Shown here piece after piece: positions 1 through 6,063 of a DNA stretch of 10,509 nucleotides. The notes beneath the pieces are model-generated. The model had not been told where the DNA came from and ran no database searches. It saw only the letters and a program-made list of their open reading frames with translations. This DNA is from Candidatus Eiseniibacteriota bacterium (GTDB taxonomy: Bacteria > Eisenbacteria > RBG-16-71-46 > DASYSL01): NCBI GenBank assembly GCA_031431875.1, contig JANPEF010000126.1:1-10509 (forward strand), read 5' to 3'. Position 1 is the first letter of the stretch, and every line of letters starts with the position of its first letter. A program made the translations under genes and the position numbers.

Positions 1-218
1 CGGGCCGCGCGACCCGCGTGCTCCACGACTACGAGAAGACGACTGGTCTTCCGGGCGAAGTTCTCACCTCCGCCGGTGACGGCGACGATCCGTGGTACCG
101 CATCGTGCTGGGGCGATTCGCCAGCGAGTCCGCAGCGCGCACGCGCGGCGACCAGCTGCTGACGAACGGCATGATCGCCGAGGCCATCGTCATTCCGTAC
201 ACGCCCCGCCAGGACTGA
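1..218 (+). CDS. SPOR-domain (peptidoglycan-binding) protein, C-terminal part; 5' end lies outside the window
   Basis: The frame is open from position 3 to TGA at 216-218. PWYRIVLGRFASESAARTRGDQL matches the SPOR pattern (W/Y)YRVxxGxFxxxxxA. Confidence 0.75.
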   Translation, partial: GRATRVLHDYEKTTGLPGEVLTSAGDGDDPWYRIVLGRFASESAARTRGDQLLTNGMIAEAIVIPYTPRQD

Positions 219-588
219 CCGCACCCGACAGCCCGAGCGCGAGTTGCTCCCCCGGCACCACTTCGGGCACCGGTGCGAGGCGGATGGTGCGGCGATCGCC
301 GATTCCGTGCCGACGCGACAGCTCCTTCACCGTCGCTCGAATCCCCTCATCCACCTCTCTCGGCAGGGAAGCGCCGCGTCGATCCCCACCGCGACGAGCG
401 TGAGGCGATAGCGACTCTCGGTCGGCTGGTAGGGATCGGTCGCCGCGCCGCTCGAACGCGCACACGTAGCAGAACGCGCAGCGATGCGAGCAACCGGTGT
501 ACGGATTGAGCGACCACGCGAACGGCATGCCCGTGACGCGATTGAGCGCCGGGGTGCAGGGGGACTCGCGATAGCGGATGTGCGGCAT
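190..588 (-). pseudogene. Internally deleted radical SAM gene, Rv2578c/SplB-like family
   Basis: The N-terminus ALNRVTGMPFAWSLNPYTGCSHRCAFCY carries CxxxCxxC (469-492). The family motif GAATDPYQPTESRYRLT (449-399) is in a different frame. A C-terminal-like LPREVDEGIRATVKELSRRHG...EQLALGL follows. About 130 codons is far too short for a radical SAM barrel. Confidence 0.8.
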
Positions 589-658
589 GGCGGCCTGCGG
601 AAGATCGCGCCGCGCGAACCGGGTGGGTTCGGCAGACTCGCACGAAGCAGGGCCTTGG

Positions 659-688
659 TTGACAGGCGCCCGCCCGGCTGGCTAAGGT
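659..688 (+). promoter_or_regulatory. sigma70-type promoter for tRNA-Glu
   Basis: TTGACA (659-664), 18-nt spacer, TAAGGT (683-688); 56 nt separate the -10 from the tRNA. Confidence 0.65.
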
Positions 689-744
689 GCGGAGGTCGCG
701 GCCGTTTCGCGGGCCGCCGCCGTCGCCGCGACCCCCGCCTTTGC

Positions 745-820
745 GTCCCCATCGTCTAGTGGCCCAGGACACCGCCCTTTCACGGCGGCGACGCGGGTTC
801 GACTCCCGCTGGGGACGCCA
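745..820 (+). tRNA. tRNA-Glu (anticodon TTC)
   Basis: 76 nt. Acceptor stem GTCCCCA/TGGGGAC; anticodon stem CCGCC/GGCGG with loop CTTTCAC (TTC at 779-781); T-arm GCGGG-TTCGACT-CCCGC; discriminator G and encoded CCA at 818-820. Confidence 0.98.
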
Positions 821-841
821 ATCTCACGGCAATCTCGAGGC
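819..841 (+). repeat. Imperfect 11-bp tandem repeat abutting the tRNA 3' end
   Basis: CAATCTCACGG (819-829) and CAATCTCGAGG (830-840), 9/11 identical. Confidence 0.45.
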
Positions 842-843
842 AC

Positions 844-1416
844 TCAACGATACCGGACCTTGACTCTCCCCCAGGTCGCCTGAGCCGCGGGAACGCTGAT
901 CTCGCGCACGACGTTCACGTTGTCGAATCGCGCACTCCAGTCCCGGCTTCCCGGCTCGACCACCAAACAGAACGCGATTTCGTGCGCGCCGCAGGGGATG
1001 GCGGAGCCCCATGTAGTCCATCCCGCGTAGGCATTCGCATTGTCGCAGTACTCGATCCTACCGTCGAGCCAGACACACATGCGCGCGGTATTGAGATCGG
1101 GATAGGACGACTCGAGCACGACTTGATAGCCAAGCCCGCAAATGGTCAGGTCCGCGGGCTCTCCGCAGTCGAACCGCGTGCGGATGCACGCCTGTTCCCG
1201 CGAGGAGCCGTTCCCAGGCGCACGGATCAGCGCATGACCGCCGGGATTTCCGCCAACCGATGGAAAGTAGACGCTCCATCCTGCAGGCAGAGCATCCACC
1301 GTCCAGTTCGCGCCGCCCAATTCGAAGTCGCCGTTCGGCAGTTGTGCCGACGCAGGGCCCGCGCCTGTCAATCCGGCCACCGAGACGAGGAGTGCCGCAA
1401 GCACTCGTCCTGTCAT
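844..1416 (-). CDS. Secreted protein, 190 aa, probable beta-sandwich/CBM-like domain, with C-terminal TWGRVKVRYR motif
   Basis: GGAGG RBS upstream of ATG. Sec signal peptide ends ASA|Q. The mature part starts LPNGDFE and ends FDNVNV before VPAAQATWGRVKVRYR-stop; 7 Cys. Confidence 0.85.
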   Translation of the reverse strand: MTGRVLAALLVSVAGLTGAGPASAQLPNGDFELGGANWTVDALPAGWSVYFPSVGGNPGGHALIRAPGNGSSREQACIRTRFDCGEPADLTICGLGYQVVLESSYPDLNTARMCVWLDGRIEYCDNANAYAGWTTWGSAIPCGAHEIAFCLVVEPGSRDWSARFDNVNVVREISVPAAQATWGRVKVRYR

Positions 1417-1482
1417 CGCATCCCTCCACTGGGGATCGGGTAGGAAATAGACGCCACCTGATGCCTCGGACCTCCGCGTGCC

Positions 1483-2163
1483 CTAACGGTATACCGTTTT
1501 CACTCGACCCCAGCTCGAGGGATGCGCTGGGAGCCCCTGCCTTCTTGGCGGGCAATCAGGCACTTCAGAGGGATCGTTCCAAGTGAGACGATCGTGTTCC
1601 GGAAACACTTGAGCGAACGTGTCCCCCGCGATGCAGACGCCACCCGCGAACAGGAAGCACAGCGACTCGCCCACGAAGAAGCAGTCGGTCTCCGCGAGTC
1701 CATGGTCGAACGTAATCGTCGCGAGACCGTACCGTCGCAGCGGGTCGGGGACAAATGTGGGGTCGAAACGAAATGAAAAGGACAGTTCGTCCGTCCCCGC
1801 GTCCTCCCCACGCGACCATCCCGCGAGAACGTCGAGCCCCGGAATGGTGTCGCAGTCGGCCACGAAGGGTCGTGCCACGAGCCCCGACGGCCCGGGGCAA
1901 CCGCGAGGGAAGAATCCCCAGGCCGTCTGATAGCCCGTGTTCACTTCGACCGATAGGACAAAGAGCTGGATGTTGGCGGGGAGTCCGGTGATGGAAAGCG
2001 TCTGCGTGTAGAGGCCGGGTCCCTCGTAGTCCCGGTTGCGGACGAAAGGCTCGCATCGATCCCAGTTGTAGAGAGCGACCAGCTCCGCCGCGGCGGGAAT
2101 CGCCGTCAGAAGTAGGACGACGGCAGCAGCGAACCATGCGGCGGGAAGCAAGGGGCGGCGCAT
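1483..2163 (-). CDS. Secreted Cys-rich hypothetical protein, 226 aa, with C-terminal SWGRVKTVYR motif
   Basis: Start revised from 2217 to ATG 2163: AAGGAG lies 7 nt upstream and MRRPLLPAAWFAAAVVLLLTAIPAAA|E is a clean signal peptide. 7 Cys; ends LPAHPSSWGRVKTVYR-stop. Confidence 0.85.
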   Translation of the reverse strand: MRRPLLPAAWFAAAVVLLLTAIPAAAELVALYNWDRCEPFVRNRDYEGPGLYTQTLSITGLPANIQLFVLSVEVNTGYQTAWGFFPRGCPGPSGLVARPFVADCDTIPGLDVLAGWSRGEDAGTDELSFSFRFDPTFVPDPLRRYGLATITFDHGLAETDCFFVGESLCFLFAGGVCIAGDTFAQVFPEHDRLTWNDPSEVPDCPPRRQGLPAHPSSWGRVKTVYR

Positions 2164-2300
2164 CCAAGACTCCTTCTGGGGGCTGCAAGGATACCCTGTC
2201 CACTCTGCACGGACCATCGCAATCGGAACTCAGGCGAGCTTGAGGGCCCTCCGGATTGATTGCAGGCGCTTAAACCACACCTCGAGCTGGTTCCAACTTG

Positions 2301-2318
2301 GCGGGTTCAGGGACGCCA
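2301..2318 (+). repeat. Degenerate direct copy of the tRNA-Glu 3' end (possible att remnant)
   Basis: GCGGGTTC-A-GGGACGCCA versus tRNA 793-820 GCGGGTTC-GACTCCCGCTG-GGGACGCCA: 8+9 nt identical, with the middle 11 nt replaced by one base. Confidence 0.4.
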
Positions 2319-2347
2319 TTCCTGCATCGACGCCCATGGTGCTTCGA

Positions 2348-3106
2348 TCACCCGGGGTTCCGACTCTCGCTCGCCGGGTGGAACCGGATCGCCTGCCCCA
2401 CCGACAGTCGACCGATGCGCGTGACCGTGCCGTAGATTCCCGCGTTGTTCTCGTTCGCCCGAACGACCGCCCTGAGCACTGCCGGAGCCGACTTCGCGGA
2501 ATCGGGATCGAGGTTCACCATCGAACAGCGCACGTCGCGCTGCGTGACGGCGATGGCCGGGGCGTCGTTTCCCTCGCCGAAGGTGAGCCCGCCGCCCACC
2601 CACTCATTTTCCTGGAACGGCGTCGATCGTGACGACCGGACAACGACGTTCGGGCGGAAGCGTCGCACGTCCGCGCTCCCCCCCGACAGCCGTCCGACTT
2701 CTCGAACCGTGTCGGTGGCGATCACCGACATGCTCGCCTCGTCGAAGATGCCCTGTTTCAGCTGCATCATCTGTACGGGTGCCCCGTAGCGTCGTCCGAC
2801 CTCCGCGGCCAGTTCATCCCCGAAGACCAGCATCTCCTCGCCGTCCGGCGTGCGAACATGCGTCGGGAGTTCACCCGGAGCGGCGCCATCGTGTCGGTGC
2901 GGAGCGAAGCGGAGCAGGTCGGGAAACCTGCCCGCATTGAGCCACGGAAATCCGCCGCGGTCCTCTATCCGCCGGAAGGCCAGGCGGCGGTCCCCATTGA
3001 TGCCGTGCCATCCCACGTCGGCGACCTCGAGACGTTCGCCGCGCATGGACTTCACGGGATACCGGAAGATCGCTTCGACGTGTCCGATTTCCACAGTCAT
3101 GTTCAT
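2348..3106 (-). CDS. MOSC domain-containing protein (YcbX/mARC-like), 252 aa
   Basis: Start revised to ATG 3106, with AGGAGG 6 nt upstream. Motifs IFRYPVKSMRG, GDRRLAF, RRFRPNVVV, RCSMVNLDP, GIYGTVTRIGRLSVGQ. Confidence 0.93.
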   Translation of the reverse strand: MNMTVEIGHVEAIFRYPVKSMRGERLEVADVGWHGINGDRRLAFRRIEDRGGFPWLNAGRFPDLLRFAPHRHDGAAPGELPTHVRTPDGEEMLVFGDELAAEVGRRYGAPVQMMQLKQGIFDEASMSVIATDTVREVGRLSGGSADVRRFRPNVVVRSSRSTPFQENEWVGGGLTFGEGNDAPAIAVTQRDVRCSMVNLDPDSAKSAPAVLRAVVRANENNAGIYGTVTRIGRLSVGQAIRFHPASESRNPG

Positions 3107-3148
3107 GCGAACCCTCCTGGCGGATCCACGAATGCGTTCGACGAGCGG

Positions 3149-3208
3149 ATTGTACGCGAGCCCGCCCTCCCGCGAAATGCCCCACGGCATTCCCGGACGT
3201 GGTATCGT
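3149..3208. promoter_or_regulatory. Putative divergent promoters between the MOSC gene and the secreted-protein gene
   Basis: Minus-strand -10 TACAAT (3154-3149) and plus-strand extended -10 TG-G-TATCGT (3200-3208). The -35 boxes are weak. Confidence 0.35.
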
Positions 3209-3265
3209 TCGCGCCCTGTCGTCCATTGGTCCACACTTTCGTGCCCCCTCTTCGAGAGGCCCCCC

Positions 3266-4027
3266 ATGTACGCACGCTTCGCCGCGCCGCGACCCTCGGC
3301 CGTGTTCGCCTTGCTCCTGTTCGCCACCACGCTGGGATCCGCCTCGATCGCCGCCGCCCAGGCCTGCGGCCCAGCCGCCTGCGGCACGGGGTTCCAGTAC
3401 ATCGACTTCGAGTCCCTGGCCCCCGGCACCTCGGTCGAGGGCCCGGCTGCGATCCACCCGGACCTGACGATCTCGAGCGTGGCCTGGCCGTTCGGGCCGA
3501 CCTGCCCGCTCGGTAGCGCCGCCGTCATCGAGGAGGGCAATCTCTTTCCGTTCGTCTCCTACGGAACCACCAGCGCAGTGCAGAACGGTTGCCTCAACGG
3601 AATCCGCGGCTTCGGCGACGACTCGGGTTGCGTACTCGACTACGACTTCGCGTTTCCGGCGGTGGCGGGCGTGTCGTGCTTCTCGATCCGCATGCTCGAC
3701 TTCGGCGACCTCTTCCCGTTCGCCAACCCGACGCACGTCGTGACGCTGACCGCCTATGACGCGGCGAGCACGGTGCTCGACACCGACGTCCTCACCATGA
3801 CCGGTGCGGTCGACCTGGTGGGCGGCGACGCCTGCGTCTCGCAGGCCGGCGCCCCGGGCAATTATCGCCTCGTGGTTTCCGGCCCGGGCATCGTCCTCGT
3901 GACGCTGCGCTTCAATGACTCGCCGGATCCCGGCGTCGGCTTCGACGACATCACGTTCTGCGAGGCGGGCGCCCCGACCCCGGCGCTGCCCGGATCGTGG
4001 GGCGGGGTGAAGGCACAGTATCGTTGA
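3266..4027 (+). CDS. Secreted Cys-rich protein, 253 aa, with C-terminal SWGGVKAQYR motif
   Basis: Start revised to ATG 3266, with GAGAGG at 3254-3259. Signal peptide ends AAA|Q. Domain bounded by IDFESL and GFDDITF; 8 Cys; ends TPALPGSWGGVKAQYR-stop. Confidence 0.88.
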   Translation: MYARFAAPRPSAVFALLLFATTLGSASIAAAQACGPAACGTGFQYIDFESLAPGTSVEGPAAIHPDLTISSVAWPFGPTCPLGSAAVIEEGNLFPFVSYGTTSAVQNGCLNGIRGFGDDSGCVLDYDFAFPAVAGVSCFSIRMLDFGDLFPFANPTHVVTLTAYDAASTVLDTDVLTMTGAVDLVGGDACVSQAGAPGNYRLVVSGPGIVLVTLRFNDSPDPGVGFDDITFCEAGAPTPALPGSWGGVKAQYR

Positions 4028-4125
4028 GCAGACGGGCACTCCGAACCCGTGTACACTCGCAGGCGATCCGCACCCCGCGCCTTCCCCGGCGCGCTGTCCG
4101 GCTTCCCTCGACGTGGTCTCGATCC

Positions 4126-5937
4126 ATGCGCCATTCGTTCGCCGTGTCGTCCCGCGCGACGACGCTCGCCGTCGTCGCGCTCTCCTTCCTTGTCGCCCCC
4201 GCCACCGCCCAACCCTTCACCCGCGTCGTCGATCCCGCGATCGACGCGTTCGTCCAGTCGTGCAGCAGCGCGAGCTGGATCGACGCGGACGGCGACGGCG
4301 ATCTCGACCTGTTCGTCACCACGTGGTCGGCGGCCACGCCGAACGTCCTGTTCCGCAATGACGGCGTCGCCGGCTTCGTCCGCGACGCGGGCTTCGGCCT
4401 CGAGACGGTGAGCGGCGAGTCCTTCGGCGCCGGCTGGGCCGACGTCGACGGCGACGGCCGCCCCGAGCCGTTCGTCTCGCAGCTCTTCGCCGCCGGCGGC
4501 GTCCTGTTCCAGTCGACCGGCGGCACCTTCGTCGCGCGGCCCGACCTCGTCGTCACCGGCGTCGCGGTGAAGGGCCAGGGCGCCTGGGGCGACTTCGACG
4601 CGGACGGCGATCCCGACCTGGTGATCGCCTGCCTGCTCGGCACCGGCGGCATCACGACGGCGAACCGCCTCTTCGTCAACGACGGAGGGTTCGCCTTCAC
4701 CGAGCGTGACACCGCCACGCTGGCCTCGGTTCTCGACACCCACCACACCGCGACGTGGTGCGACTACGACGACGACGGCGACGTCGACCTGTTCTTCGCC
4801 GCCGGCGGCGTGGGGACGGGAAAGCGCGACCGCGCGTGGCGCAACATGCGGGTCGAGAGCGGCACCGCGTTCTTCACGCCGATCACGACGGGCCCGCTGG
4901 TCACCGACTTCCACGACTCGCAGCTGATCAGCTGGGCCGACGTCGACAACGACGGCGACCGCGACGCCTACGTGATCAACTACACGACCTACCCGAACAT
5001 GCTCTATCGCAACGATGGCGGCGGGACCTTCACCAAGCGCACCGGCATCGGGACGATCGCCACCGATGCGGGGCTCGCGCACGGCGCGGCGTGGGGCGAC
5101 TACGACAACGACGGCGACCTCGACGTCTACGTCGCGCGCGACGGCGGACAGGCCAACCGCTTCTACCAGAACGCGGGCGACGGCACGTTCACCGCGATCA
5201 CGACCGGCGAGTTCGTCACCCTCGGACGCTCCAACTGGAGCGCGGTCGCCGGCGACTACGACCGCGACGGCGACCTCGACCTGTTCGCCCCGGTGCGCGA
5301 CGCGAACGGACCCGGCCTCCTCTATCGCAATGACCTCGCGTCGGGCGCGCACTGGTCCGCGATCCACGCGGTCGGTTCCACCGGCCGTTTCCCGGTCCTC
5401 GGAGCGAAGCTGCGCGTGCGCGCCGTGATCGGCGGCCTGCCCCGCTGGCAGGTGCGCGAAGTCTCTGCGTCGACGGGCTACGGCGGCCACGACATGCTCG
5501 ACGCGCACTTCGGTCTCAGCGACGCCGCGTGGATCGACACGCTGATCGCCGAGTGGCCCGGCGGCACCCGCGACACCGTCGTCGGCCTTCCGGTCGATCG
5601 CGTGCTCACCCTCACGCAGTCGGTCGGTGTCGTGGACGTGGCGGCCCCCGCCGGCACACCGCAGGCGACCGGGCTCACGCTCGACGCGCTCTCGCCGAAT
5701 CCCACGCGCGGCGCCGTCCGCCTGTCGCTCGCCCTGGCGAACACCGGCCCGGTGCGGATCGACCTGCACGACGTCCGGGGCCGGCACGTGCAGACGCTAT
5801 TCGCAGGGCGCCTCGAAGCCGGCCGCCACGCGCTGCCGGGGACAGTGCCGGCGGGGCTGCCGGCGGGCGCCTACTTCGTCCGGGCCATGGCTCCCGGGCA
5901 GGCGACGGCCGCGAGACGCCTTGCCGTGGTTCGTTGA
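4126..5937 (+). CDS. FG-GAP/VCBS-repeat plus ASPIC/UnbV (CRTAC1-like) secreted protein with C-terminal T9SS type A CTD / FlgD-Ig-like domain, 603 aa
   Basis: Start revised to ATG 4126; signal peptide ends ATA|Q. Seven DxDxDG-type repeats. The ASPIC-UnbV segment is GAKLRV...QVREVSASTGYGGHDMLDAHFGL...EWPGG. The tail is SPNPTRG...IDLHDVRGRHV...LPAGAYFVRA...RLAVVR. Confidence 0.92.
   Translation: MRHSFAVSSRATTLAVVALSFLVAPATAQPFTRVVDPAIDAFVQSCSSASWIDADGDGDLDLFVTTWSAATPNVLFRNDGVAGFVRDAGFGLETVSGESFGAGWADVDGDGRPEPFVSQLFAAGGVLFQSTGGTFVARPDLVVTGVAVKGQGAWGDFDADGDPDLVIACLLGTGGITTANRLFVNDGGFAFTERDTATLASVLDTHHTATWCDYDDDGDVDLFFAAGGVGTGKRDRAWRNMRVESGTAFFTPITTGPLVTDFHDSQLISWADVDNDGDRDAYVINYTTYPNMLYRNDGGGTFTKRTGIGTIATDAGLAHGAAWGDYDNDGDLDVYVARDGGQANRFYQNAGDGTFTAITTGEFVTLGRSNWSAVAGDYDRDGDLDLFAPVRDANGPGLLYRNDLASGAHWSAIHAVGSTGRFPVLGAKLRVRAVIGGLPRWQVREVSASTGYGGHDMLDAHFGLSDAAWIDTLIAEWPGGTRDTVVGLPVDRVLTLTQSVGVVDVAAPAGTPQATGLTLDALSPNPTRGAVRLSLALANTGPVRIDLHDVRGRHVQTLFAGRLEAGRHALPGTVPAGLPAGAYFVRAMAPGQATAARRLAVVR
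4276..5289 (+). repeat. Seven FG-GAP-like Ca-binding blades (probable 7-bladed beta-propeller)
   Basis: WIDADGDGDLDLFV, WADVDGDGRPEPFV, WGDFDADGDPDLVI, WCDYDDDGDVDLFF, WADVDNDGDRDAYV, WGDYDNDGDLDVYV, AGDYDRDGDLDLFA. Confidence 0.85.
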
Positions 5938-6063
5938 ACACCTTCATGCGCGCGCGTTTCGTCCTGCGCTGCAACGACTTCCGGGGGCGCTTCAGCGTCA
6001 CTCGGGGGCCGCCGATCACGGAGGGAGCAGCTCGTCCGCGTACCGCTCCCGCCCGGGGGTCCC

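Noticed and set aside
2276..2290. CACACCTCGAGCTGG (HTSSW), resembling the HPSSW tail of the 1483-2163 gene in inverted orientation
   Set aside because: Only 11 contiguous bases match and no GxVKxxYR follows; probably chance.
2526..2545. MOSC protein has RDVRC where many homologues have PCxRC
   Set aside because: The conserved RC cysteine is retained, so this looks like ordinary family variation.
3107..4039. Apparent 311-aa N-terminal extension on the MOSC ORF (track 2348-4039)
   Set aside because: It is antisense to the 3266-4027 gene, and the RBS and MOSC homology begin at 3106. The track starts at 2217, 2858 and 3997 are similarly over-extended.
4276..5289. Recurring GACGGCGAC-type DNA repeats as a possible CRISPR array
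   Set aside because: They are degenerate, in frame, and encode the FG-GAP Asp-rich loops.
3862..5787. 641-aa minus-strand ORF
   Set aside because: Antisense shadow of the FG-GAP gene; its periodicity mirrors the real repeats.
840..5940. GTTRRRY integron core-like sites at three gene ends (GTTGAGT, GTTGAGC, GTTGAAC)
   Set aside because: They follow largely from CGT plus a stop codon. I found no paired RYYYAAC or attC hairpin, and there is no integrase in the window.
5938..6063. Intergenic region with a GGGAGC/GCTCCC inverted pair as a possible terminator or ncRNA
   Set aside because: Short stem, long loop and no U-tract; unremarkable at this GC content.
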